Shown one piece after another: positions 1-11,000 of a DNA stretch of 44,997 bases. The stretch comes from Thraustochytrium aureum (lineage: Eukaryota), in the NCBI GenBank assembly GCA_012862495.1, contig BLSG01000142.1, positions 1 to 44,997 of the forward strand, in the 5' to 3' direction. The notes beneath the pieces are model-generated. The model was not told where the DNA came from, searched no databases, and worked only from the letters and a program-made list of their open reading frames with translations. The position numbers and the translations under genes were made by a program. Within the stretch, counting starts at the first letter, position 1. Every line of letters starts with the position of its first letter.

Positions 1-307
1 TGGCCGATGCGCCGGCCGCTGTGGCTGCGCTACCGCTCAGGCGCACGGATGCGAGCTGGCTCGCGTTGATGTGGATGCCCGCTGCTTTTGGGGGCGAGCG
101 ACGAGCGCGGTGGTGACGCGGAGTGAGGTGGGACGTGCGGGCGACGGCTGCAGGGCTCGCTGCTCGACGGTGCGGCACTGTGGCGCGGCAGGGTTTTTTC
201 GGGTGCGAGGTGGGTGGTAGACACGCCGCGCAAGGGCTGGGGACGAGAGGAGGAAGGGAATAGTCGAAGATCGTTCAAGGAAAGGGCGCAGCACACATGA
301 GGTGCGC

Positions 308-1174
308 TTACTCATCCTTGGCGCCAGTGCGACCACGGTGAAGACCAGTGCGGCGAGCAGCGATGAGACCGACCTTCTTACCGGCGGGCGCGTCGCGCCT
401 GACGGTGGACGAGTGACCAATGTGCTGGTGGTTACCACCACCGTGGGGATGCTCGACGGGGTTCATCGCCACACCACGCACCTTGGGCCACTCGTTGCGC
501 TTGACGCGGTACTTGTGGTACGCGGCGCCGGCCTTGAGCAGCGGCTTGTCGAGGCGGCCACCGCCGGCGACGTTGCCAACCATGGCGCGGCACGCCGAGG
601 GGACGGTCTTCTTGTTGCCTGACGGGAGCGAGATCTGCGTGCGGCCGTTCTCGAGGTCGTGGATCTTAATGGTGCAGTACTCGCCGCTCGCCTTGGCAAT
701 CTTGCCGCGGTCGCCAGCGGCCTGCTCCAGGTTGCAGATCACGGTACCCTCGGGCATGGCGCTGAGGGGGAGGATGTTGCCGATGGCAAGCTTGGCCTTG
801 GCCCCGGCGTACACAAACTGGCCCGAGTAGGTGCCCTCCGTGCAGATCATGATGGCCTTGTCCTTCTTGTAGCGGTACGGGTTGCGGAAGTGCACGACCG
901 CGAGGGGCGCGCCACGGCCCGGGTCGTGGATGATGTCCTTCACGACGCCCTTCATGTACCCATGGCGCTCGGCGTAGTCCAGCACGCGGAGCTTGGCGCC
1001 CCCTTGCGGTGGTGCGTGTGCGAGCGGAAGATCCGCGAGCCACCCTGTCGTCCAGCATCGCCGCCGCGCGTCAGCGCCGCGCCTCGCACCAGCCACCCGG
1101 CAATCCATCCCATCCAGCCGCGGCGCCCGCGCCATTCCACTTACCTTACGCTGTGCGCGGATGATGCGACCCAT
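308..1174 (-). CDS. RPL8: 60S ribosomal protein L8 (uL2); exon 1 at 1174-1145, exon 2 at 1044-308, with an apparent 1-nt deletion at 999-1003
   Basis: The spliced reading [25 protein letters not shown](x)[33 protein letters not shown]...[26 protein letters not shown]...[11 protein letters not shown] is clearly eukaryotic uL2. TAA stop at 310-308. Confidence 0.97.
   Translation of the reverse strand: MGRIIRAQRKVSGMARAPRLDGMDCRVAGARRGADARRRCWTTGWLADLPLAHAPPQGGAKLRVLDYAERHGYMKGVVKDIIHDPGRGAPLAVVHFRNPYRYKKDKAIMICTEGTYSGQFVYAGAKAKLAIGNILPLSAMPEGTVICNLEQAAGDRGKIAKASGEYCTIKIHDLENGRTQISLPSGNKKTVPSACRAMVGNVAGGGRLDKPLLKAGAAYHKYRVKRNEWPKVRGVAMNPVEHPHGGGNHQHIGHSSTVRRDAPAGKKVGLIAARRTGLHRGRTGAKDE
1045..1144 (-). 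other. 100-nt GT-AG spliceosomal intron in RPL8
   Basis: Minus strand shows donor AAG|GTAAGT at 1144, branch-like CTGAC at 1074-1070 and acceptor GACAG|GGT at 1045. Removing it restores the conserved uL2 N-terminus. Confidence 0.9.
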
Positions 1175-1193
1175 CTCGGCTGCCTCCTTGCGT

Positions 1194-1240
1194 CCTGCCT
1201 GCCTGCCCTGCCTGCCTGCCTCTGCTCAGTGCCTGCCTGC
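1194..1240. repeat. Imperfect (CCTG)n/(CAGG)n microsatellite in the RPL8 5' leader
   Basis: cctgcctgcctgccctgcctgcctgcc...gcctgcctgc lies directly upstream of the ATG. Confidence 0.8.
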
Positions 1241-1463
1241 TCCTCCTCCGTGTCTGCTTGCTCTGCAACTCCTCCTGCTCCTCCAAAACCACCCAAGCCG
1301 GCCCGCGACAGAGTCCAAAACCCGCCCCTCGAAACACCCTCGAGGGTCAGCCGCAGGCGCCAGCGGCAGAGTCCGGGGGAGAGCCCCCTCGGTACACACT
1401 GGGGCGCCACGCAAGAGCCACCCGCTCACTCGCTCGCAGACGCCGACGCCCACCCCAGCATCG

Positions 1464-1475
1464 AGGGTAGGGTTA
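1464..1475. promoter_or_regulatory. AGGGTAGGGT(TA) element (Homol E / telo-box-like) upstream of RPL8
   Basis: Exact AGGGTAGGGT at 1464-1473, about 290 nt upstream of the RPL8 ATG and next to a more AT-rich stretch (about 1485-1635). Function is inferred. Confidence 0.4.
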
Positions 1476-2094
1476 CGCCCGGAGAATAAGTGGAAGTTCT
1501 TCGGAGGGCTTGCTTGGGGGAACTTGTTCGTGAAGCGGCGGGCTGAGAATCAACGATCACAATGCAATTTTTTGTTTCAAGATCAAGATTTCTTTTGATC
1601 TCGAGTGACGAATGACGCATTGATTGATTGATTGAGCGAGAGCAATGCCAGGATGGCTGAGCAGCTGACGGTCGGCGAGTGCGAGCGAGGCTAGGTGCAC
1701 TCGGCGGGAACTGCTTACGCTACTCTGTGCTCTGCTCTAGCTCTAGTTGAGATTGCCGAGGACTCCGCTAGCAACCGGAGCATGAGCTCGCCAGTGGACG
1801 CGCGCGCTACGACTCGATCAAGTCGCACTTTGCAGGCTGTGAGTGGAGGACGTGCCGCTGGCATGGTCACGTGACGACCGCCAGTCCTGCAACGCGCTTG
1901 GACGCTTGCGAGCCCCAACTCGGGCCCGGGGTGGACAGCGCTGGGCAAGCCAGGCGTCAACTTCTCGACCCTGCGCGACGGGGCGGCCGAAGTGCTGCTC
2001 GCTTGGGACGCATGTCGCCCTCGACAAACTGTCGCAAGCCTCGACAGGACAATCGGAAAATCAGTTGAGGCTGTTTCTCTGCCTATGTGGCTGC

Positions 2095-5000
2095 TCACTC
2101 CGCCGGGTCGAGCAGGAGGACAACGTTGGCCAGCGTCCACTTTTGCGGCGGCAGTTTGGAACGCAGCATAGCAGTAAACACAAAGGTACCCGCGCGCTGC
2201 TGCGTGCGGTAGACGGGGCACACGTACGTCGACTTGTCCACCTCGTTCGGCACCACAGCGCGAACATTGATCACGGGCATCGCGCAGAGCAGTTCCTTCG
2301 GACGCGCCTCGGCGAGGGAAATCGCGTTAAAGTCCCAGTGCGCGCCCTCAATGTAGAGGCCCGTTATGTAAGCCCCGTCGCGAGAGTGCTCCTCAACCTC
2401 CGCCTCCCTGCGCTTGAGCACCTCCGTCCCAATCTGGAGCTTGTCGAGCTCGACGCCCGACGCACGCGCGCTCGACTGAAGCACCGCTGTCAAGAACGCA
2501 TTCGGGTTGAAGAATCCAGAGATCCAGGTGCACTTGGGCGTGCACGAAGGATCGGCGAGCCAGTCATGCAGCTGCGTGATGCGGTACTGCAAGTTCGAGA
2601 GCCAGCTCCCAAGCGGACGTTGCGTCGGGTACGAGATACGGACCCAATCCGCGGGGACCTTGTCTTGGTAAAGCGCCGTCATGAGCCGCTCCATGGACTC
2701 CGACATGGTCAGGTCGCCCTTGAAGCCAAGCTCAAGCTCGATGAGCGAACGAACCATCTCGTCGATCAAGCTCTGCATCCNNNNNNNNNNNNNNNNNNNN
2801 NNNNNNNNNNNNNNNNNNNNNNNNNNNNNNNNNNNNNNNNNNNNNNNNNNNNNNNNNNNNNNNNNNNNNNNNNNNNNNNNNNNNNNNNNNNNNNNNNNNN
2901 NNNNNNNNNNNNNNNNNNNNNNNNNNNNNNNNNNNNNNNNNNNNNNNNNNNNNNNNNNNNNNNNNNNNNNNNNNNNNNNNNNNNNNNCCAGCATGTCTTG
3001 CAGCATCGCCTCCGCAACGTGCTGAGCGCTCTGGCCGTCGCCCTCTTCCTCCTCGTCCGATTTTTGCAGCGACTGCAGGATCTCAAACATCTGGTTGTTT
3101 GTAGCCGTGCGGAATCCGAGCTCCGCGTTCGGGTGGAGCCCAAACGCGAGCGGCGTGTCCCCTGGAAGCGCATCTTGGATGTGCTCGACGTACTTTGCGT
3201 GCGTCGGCATCGCTGGGACCTTGAAGCTAGCAAAGCGTGCGCCCGCCACCGCATCGCCGTCCCCGCCAGACCCCTCCGCGCCGTCGCCCTCCCCTTTGCC
3301 GCCAGACTGGTGGACAGGCAACGAGCCCCCCGCTGCGGCAAGCGGGGCCCCAGTCGCGAAGGGAAACAGCTCGTGCTCGTCCAGGAGCTGGTCGTTCATG
3401 TAGTACTCCAGGTACGAGTTGCACAGCCGCCGATCAAAGTCGTTCACGATGTGGCCACCATACATGATCTCCCCAAAGAGGTACCGAAGGTCCTCCCAGG
3501 GCACCTTGACGCCAGAGTGCTTGTCCATGTAGTTTTTGAGCACCACGGCGCACGCCGACAAGTCTTGCGCCGAAAAGGGATACATCACATTGAAGCCCTT
3601 GCTCAGGTACGTCTTGCGCTCCAGCATCACCGCGTGAAAGTAGCAGAGACCAAACAAGATGCTCCTCGTCTTGTTGTCAAAGCTGTCCACCTCGGCCGGC
3701 GCGAACGCGGCCCAGGACCGCGTCAAGTTCGCCCGCAGACCTGCCGGCGGCTCGTTTGTCAACTTGATGCACCGATCGAGGATGCTTACTGGGATCGCGT
3801 TCGACTGGTCCGAGCTGAGGAACAGTCGAAAACCGACATGCGACCCGCACCCGCCTTGCGGCCCGCTCGTGGAGAACTCGTCCAGCCTCTTCGAGAGGGT
3901 GCCGAGCCACGTCGGCATGAGGTGCACGTTGTTCAGCAGCACCCACCAGCCGGAGCGGCTTGCGCTCTCCAGCACCTGCATCGCAATGCCGTCCTGGCCC
4001 TGCCCAAGCGAGATGTTGTGGTACGACTCGCCCTCCACCATGCCCTTGGCACGAGCCAGCCTGTCGACGTCGCCGACGATATCTGAGCCAGGCGACAAGA
4101 TCAGGTACACCGGCGTCTCGGGGCGACTGTCCTGAAACGCCTGCTCCAGAACTTGGTAAGAGTTCAGCTGTGCGTCGCAGTCGGTGTACAAATGGCCGTC
4201 GGGCAGCGTGCGCCGCACAAACGAGGTCAACGCCGCCAGCGTCCGGTCGGGCCGGAGAGCGCGCACGACGAGGATCTTCAGAAAAGGCTTGCGCTCGAGC
4301 TCGCGCCATTCTAGCGGGAGCTTCTCCAACTCAGGGGTCACGTGGTTAAACCACTCCTTGAAGCGGGGCGCGGACTCGATCATATCCAGCGGCAGCTGCT
4401 CGAACCCGGCTTGCTCCGCTAGCGCGCACACAGTCTGCCACGCCACGTCGGGCAGCCAGTCGATCTCGTTGTCCAGCTCGAACCGCTGCGGCGAGCGCAG
4501 CAGAAACTGCAGGCCCTCGGCGTCGAACCGGTCCTCTTGGAAAGGCAGTTTGATGATCTCCTTGCGCAGCAAGTTGAAGGTCATCTGGATCAGGAAGACC
4601 ATCTTGTGCGTGACGAGGAGGCCGCGGCTCACCATCTTGAAGATCGTCAACCGCATCGACGCCGTAAGTGCGCGCACGCGCCCCGCGTCAGCCCCCCCGG
4701 CTTCGTCTTCCGTGCCCCCGCTTTCGCCCAAGTCGCTCACGTCCCTGCCCTGAGCGGGGAGGCTCGCGGCCGCGCTTTGCATGGCCTTGTCGAAGAAACG
4801 CATGAACGAGTCGAGCGAGTACTGGTACATGTGGTTGATCGTGCCGAGCTGCAAAAGGAGGAAGTACAGCATCGCAGCCTCCACCGCGACGGGGCGGTAC
4901 GCCTCGCGCGCTTCGTTGATTGTCAGCTCGGTCTCCTTCCCGCGCTCCACTGCGAGTTGGACCTCTGTCGCCGTTGATTTCGTCGCTTCCAGGCTCTCGA

Positions 5001-8000
5001 TCATGGGCACATCTGAAAGGATGTCCGGTGGGGCGTTCGAGAGCTTCTCCAGCAGCGTGTTTTCAAGCTCAAGGAGCTGGATCTTGTACTTGTTGAACGC
5101 GTTTTGCAGATCCCGTCGCTCCTGCTCAAGGTTTGGGCGCTCGTTGTTCACGACGCGCGCCAAGAGCTGGTCTTCGAGCCCAGACTCGGTCACGATGAAA
5201 TTGATCAGCGTGCACTGCGCCAGGACCTCGGGCTTGTAGTGCGGGTTTGACATGCGCGTCTGCAGCACGAGCTGAAACTTGGGGTCGAACTCGACCTCCC
5301 GACCGCCAAGCTCCAAGAAAGGCTGTCGGCCCTTGAAAGAAAACGACCGCGACAGGAGAGGCTCTAGGATCGAGTCAAACGACTCGCCAACGTTTTCAAG
5401 CACAACAGTGGCGCCGCACTCGATCGCCTTGATCAGGGTCTGCAGCCAATTCTTGTGCGACACTTGCAGCATGACCAGCCCGCCCGGTTGCACGTCCGCC
5501 ACCAGGTGGCTCTGCGACTGCCCGAGCTTGGCAAGCGTCTTGGCTCGCCCCTTGGCACCGAGTCGCTTTGGCGCGCCGCCCGCTGCGGCTGCACCGGCAG
5601 CGGGGGTAGCTTTGCGCGACGCCTTTGACCTTGGCGAGTCTGCTGCCGCGGGCCCGCCACTTGCGGTGCCCACACTCGCGCGGTCGAGCTCTTCGGCAGC
5701 GCTCGCCTCATCCGTTGGGCTCAGCTTTGAAGGCTCCTTCCGGAGTTTCGGCACCTCGCCTTGCGGAGCACCGCCCTCCTTTGACGTCCCACGCTTTCCG
5801 GGGGCACGTGCGGTGCCGTAGTGCGAGCGCAACCAGCCTAGTCCTTGCAGCTGCGGGTCAATGATGAGCGGCCAACGCGAGCATGTCGTTATCAGCGCGC
5901 CGTTCTCGACAGAAAAGGCGTCTGCTGGGAGGCCCTCCATGCCCCATTGAGCCACCTCCGCAGGGTCGGCGATGACGCCCAGAGGCGTAACGCCTTCCGA
6001 GAGAGGAATCTCGCGCGACAGGATGTCGTTTGTCCAAATGTCGCGCCACAGAATTTGCCGCGTCTCCGAGTCAAAGGCGCCAATGTAGCTCACGAAAGCG
6101 GAAGCTAGGAGCGTGTCGCCCACCAGCGTTTCCATTTGGTGCTGCAGCGACTCGATCTCCTTCTCCCAACGCTCGTTCTCGCTCGCAAGGCCGTTGACCA
6201 GCCGCTCCGCCAGCTGCAGCCGCTCATTGCATATCGCGGCCTCCGCCTCTACCTTGGACTTTTCGTTTGTCGCGTGCATAAAGCTTTCCTGCAGCTCGTT
6301 GAGCCTATCCTCGGCGTCTTTGAGCTGCTCCTCGACGCGCGCCAGGTCGGCCATAGCTTCCTCCTTGCTGAGCCGCGCGGCGTCGAGCCGGTCCATGAGC
6401 GGCTTCACCTTCTTGTAAATCTTGTTGAACGCGACAATGTTGATCACCCAGGATGCCATGTTTGCCGCGGCGGCGGACTTTTTCGCCAGCTTTTCATAAG
6501 TGAACTCCGGGTCGTCGACGATCGGCGAGATGCGCTCGATGAGCTCGTCTGGGATGTTTTTCGAGTCGTACTCCTCCAGCGAAAGCTTGAACTTGTCAAT
6601 GTTGTTCATCATGCGCTTGGCGTTGTCCCAGCTGAAGTTGCGCTTTTCGTTTTTGACCATCATCAGCACGCACGTAGTCACCTTGTCAACGCCCGCGGGC
6701 GGCTTGGTCAGGGACTTGAGTTCAGTCAGTGAGGCCTTGGTCAGGCAGTTCACCGCCTCCTCGGCCTGGTCCATGGCTGGCTGCGCCGCCGCCAGCTCGA
6801 CCTCCGCGTCGGCCTCAATCTCCTCCGCCTCCTTGGCAAACTTTTCCGCGCGAATGCGCTCCTTGGAGGCGATCGCTTGCTGAGCTTGCGCTTCCCCGCG
6901 CTGTTGCCCCATCTGCTCGAGGAGTTCTTCCGTGGCCTCTTTGCGCTCTTCCACTTTGACCATCGTCTGCTTGAGGTCCTCCTGCAGAACGGCGACGTCC
7001 GTGGCGGTGCCTCGAAGCGTCAAGAGGCCGGCGCGAAGGCGATCGAGCGCCTTCCGCAACTCGGTGCGCTTTTCGCCAAGCAGCTGGCGGTAAAAGGCCA
7101 CCAGCTCCAGGAAGCTCTTGGGGGTTACATAGTTGTGCCGCTTGGCTACCTCCCGGTACCGCTGGCTCGTCTCGGTCACGCTCAAGTGCACCTCGGCAAT
7201 GTGGTGCACCACGTTCTCCGCGATGTCCTCCGAGCCGAGGTTCACGCCGCTCAAGAACCGACTTGCCACGGCTACGAGAGCATCGCGAGGCCACGGGTGG
7301 AACCAGTCTATGGAGGTGCAGTTGATGAGGCCAGGGAACTTGCGCGCTCGGAGGCGAAACGCGTCGCCCACTGGGGAGTGGCACAGGACCACATGCAGCG
7401 ACGCTCGCACCCGCTTGATGAAGAACTCCATCATGTGCGCCTTCGAGTTGGGCACGCCGTACACTTTCGCCTCGCTGCGAAGCGACGCAAACAGCCCATC
7501 ATACTCGTCTGCGCTAAACAGGTCCGGGATGTAGCCGCTCGAAAGGACGTCGTTCACGTACACGAGGAAGCGCTCGTCTTTGATCTGGCCGTCGGTAAGC
7601 AAAAGCACAACCGGCGCGTTTGGGCGTAGGCCCGATCGCCGGTATAGAGCCTTTAGGCCCTCCTTGAAGTCAGCCATCGAGTAGTCGGCAGTAATCGCGA
7701 CCTGGACGACATCGTAGCCGCAGATGAAGGCAGCAAGCCGCGCGAGGCTCTGCTTCCCGGAGCCGCCGACGCCAACGAGAAGCGCGTTCCCGCCCGGCAT
7801 CCCGATTATTCGCGCAATGCGGCAAACGTGCTCGCTTGCCAGCGTAAACATCACCAGGTCCATCTTCGCCTTGGACTGGTTGTACGCAGCAAGGTGTTCC
7901 TCCAGACAGGCTTGGATCTCGTCGAACGACCGCGCGCAAACATAGGGTCCTGTGGCGCCCGTCCGCGGGCCGCCAACCAGCGCCCCTTGGCCCTCGCCTC

Positions 8001-11000
8001 GAGCTCCTGCGNNNNNNNNNNNNNNNNNNNNNNNNNNNNNNNNNNNNNNNNNNNNNNNNNNNNNNNNNNNNNNNNNNNNNNNNNNNNNNNNNNNNNNNNN
8101 NNNNNNNNNNNNNNNNNNNNNNNNNNNNNNGGCTCCTCCTCAAAGTACTTTTTCGAGACGCCAAGGAGGATCGAGTCAAAGTTGGCTAGGTCCTTGTCAC
8201 AGACCAGGCGGTCAGCAAACACTCGTGAAGCCTCGTGGAGGAAGAGCCGCGCGAAGGAAAGCGCCGTCGTAAACATGTCGCTCTTGGACCGCAGCAGGCC
8301 TTGAAAAAGCGCGGAAAGGTCGCGCATGTTGAAGTTGTAGTGAAACTTGACCGCGCTGGGCAGGAACTTGGCGCTCATGACGCTCTGGAGTTCCAGAGCG
8401 GCATCGACGCACTTGCCTACTAGCGACTGCACGGGCAGAACAAAGTTGTCCAGGTGCGAGCCCAAAATCGAGGTGTAGATGTGGACCAGGTCCGCCTCGT
8501 CCGGCATCTGGCACGCCAGAACTGCAAAGTGCCGCTGAAGCCGCGGGTTGATCGTGAACGAGCCGCTCTTCTGGTTCATGGCAGCAAGAAACTGGACGTC
8601 GCGCACCTCGCGCTTGAGCGCGAGGTCGGAGCGGTCGTACCACTGGCCGTAGTCCATGTGCTGGCGAATGAGCGCGATTGGCGGTTGCGTGCCGTACTCC
8701 TCAACAAGCGGCATATTCAGGTCGTCCACAAAGTACACGAGCTTTTTGTCCCCGCTCGGGCCGTACATTCGACCAGAGCGCTTGTCGATGTGCTGCTCCA
8801 GCTGCCCTTGCAATGCGCTCGAGTCGGTGTAGTAGTTCATGTTGATCAGCGCGCTAGCAAAGTCGTCACTGATCCCGCGCAGGAACTCCTTTGCGATTGT
8901 CGTTTTGCCGGTCCCGGCGGAGCCCACCAGGCAAGCAGGCCGCCCCAGCGACGTGAGGGCTTTGAGGAGAAAGGAGACGCGGAGTGAGCTGGCTGTCGGG
9001 ACGATCATTTCCGAAAATTGCTGCGAGTCCGTCAGCGGCACGGAGGCGTCCAAACGGGTCTCCCAAGGAACCATGCGTCGCACGGTTGCATCGTAGCAAA
9101 AGTCAAACACGTTGACCACTCGCTGGCCGGCGGGGGCCGCGCGGCTAGCCGTAAGACCGCCCGCCGCGCCTAGAACGCCAGAGTTGGCAGTGGCCGGAGC
9201 GACGGCGTTGGCCGCGGTGCCATCTGGCTCGGCTACAGCGATGCTGTCGCGCCTGTGCTGGGCGTGGTCCGAATCTCCGGCCGGCCTCCCCGGTCCGTCG
9301 TACGAAAACGAAACGGTTTTGAACGCCTGCAGGAAGAGCGACGAAAACTTCTTGCGGTTGTCGACGCTCTTTTCCGCGGCAAGCGAACCGCCAACACCCC
9401 AAATAAGCGCAAAGACGACAAGGTGCTCCAGCGCCTCCTTGTCGCTTGGGTCTGCCACAAGCTGGCCCAGAAGCGCTTCAATGATCGAGCACGTCCCTTC
9501 GACCATCGCGATCGGCTCACGTGGGACGATGTGCTGCAACCCGTGGTCGCTCACGAGCTGCAGCAGTGGGCCCATGTACTTGTGAAGGTAGACAAGAATC
9601 TGCGCCGTTTCCACATCTGACCGACCAACGCGCTGGGCCCAAGACTCGACAACGGGCCCCCAGCCCACGTCGTCCTCGTTGATGTAGAGGATCCCTGCTC
9701 TCGACACCGTGGCCGGTGTGGCGTTCTTGAGCGTGCTAATCTCGAACAGGAGGCGCATTTTCGACGTGAGCTGGATACGCTCGTTAGAGACGAGGGTGAG
9801 CACCTTGTTGTCGTCCATCACGGTGTTCATCGACTCAATCCACACTGCGTCAATGTCGCCGTCCAGGACAATCCAGTGGTGCTGCTGGTGGCTGTGGTAC
9901 GGCGGAACCTGCTTGGACATGTTGCGCATCACGATGCTGAGCGCCCCATCTTTCCAGTCCTTTTGCAGGGTCATGAACCCGTAGAGCTCATTGCTGGTCA
10001 GCGATTTGGGGTTCAGCGCTTCCGTCACGCAGGCGGGGCGAGGTTCGCCAATGTTGTGCGCCCTCGCTAGCGTGCGCCAGATGGAGGACTTTCCGCACCC
10101 TGGAGGGCCGAGCAACATCACGGAGTGCCGCACGTCGATAATCTCCTGCAAATTGACGACCTTGTTGAGAAAGACCTCCTCTGGCTGCAGTACGCGGCGC
10201 ATGGCGCGCGTAGACCCTGCTGCAAGCACGCTGGCAGAAGACTTTGAGGAAGTGGTCTCCGAGTCTCCTGCACCCGCAGCTGGGCCCTTCAAGTCGGCCG
10301 CGTCGGCTGCTGCACCTGCAGCGCCGCCTGCCATGGCAGTGCTCGACTCTGGGTTTCGACAAGCCTGGGCCGCGCGCTGACGCAAGGTCTCGTCAAACCG
10401 GGGCGGCGCTGAGATATCCGGGAACAGGTCAGCGACGAGACGCAAAAAGATCGGGAGATCAAAAGCTGGCAACTTGGGGACGTTAAAGTCCCGGAGAGCG
10501 CGCATGAGCACGCTTGTCTCGTCCGTTCCGGTTTGCGTTCGCAGCAGGTTGCCCGCGACCCGAAGGACAGACTTGACGTTGCGCAGGCCCCAGTCGTAGT
10601 GGGGCTGCTGTGACAGCAGTTCCGAGCTGAGTTTGTAGAGCGTGACAAACTTGATCGACAGCGGACGCGCCTCCACAAAGCCCTCGGCCATGAGCATGTT
10701 CTGGCAAATAGGCTGCAGGTCAGGCCGGATCATTGCACAAGAGCGAAACTGCGCCTTGAGGTTCTCGGGCAACTCGGTGCGCCCGGCGTACCCGGGGTTC
10801 ATTGTGATGAAAAACCCTGTCGTTGGCACGAGAGCGATAGAGGTCCCCATGAAATCAAACTCGCCAACCTTGCACGGCGGCTTCCCTCCTGGCGCCTTGT
10901 TGTACGGCTCGGCGCGGTTGGCCACATCGGAGAGGTGCCGAATCGCCTCGAGAATGGTCTTCACTTGGGAAGCGACCACGCTGAGGACCTCGATTGGGAT

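Noticed and set aside
1045..1144. Possible intronic snoRNA in the RPL8 intron
   Set aside because: No C box (RUGAUGA) and no H/ACA layout. The single CTGA is better explained as the branch site.
1843..4086. 747-aa plus-strand ORF, and many similar antisense ORFs (e.g. 17542..18927, 19117..20475, 38467..40137, 43726..44850)
   Set aside because: These are shadow ORFs opposite real genes, caused by GC-rich codon bias. They have no recognisable motifs, and some are lengthened by N-gaps.
7851..8130. Apparent split of dynein into two genes (3094 aa and 1922 aa)
   Set aside because: The frame change falls at an N-gap of estimated length. Dynein sequence continues in the downstream frame immediately after the gap.
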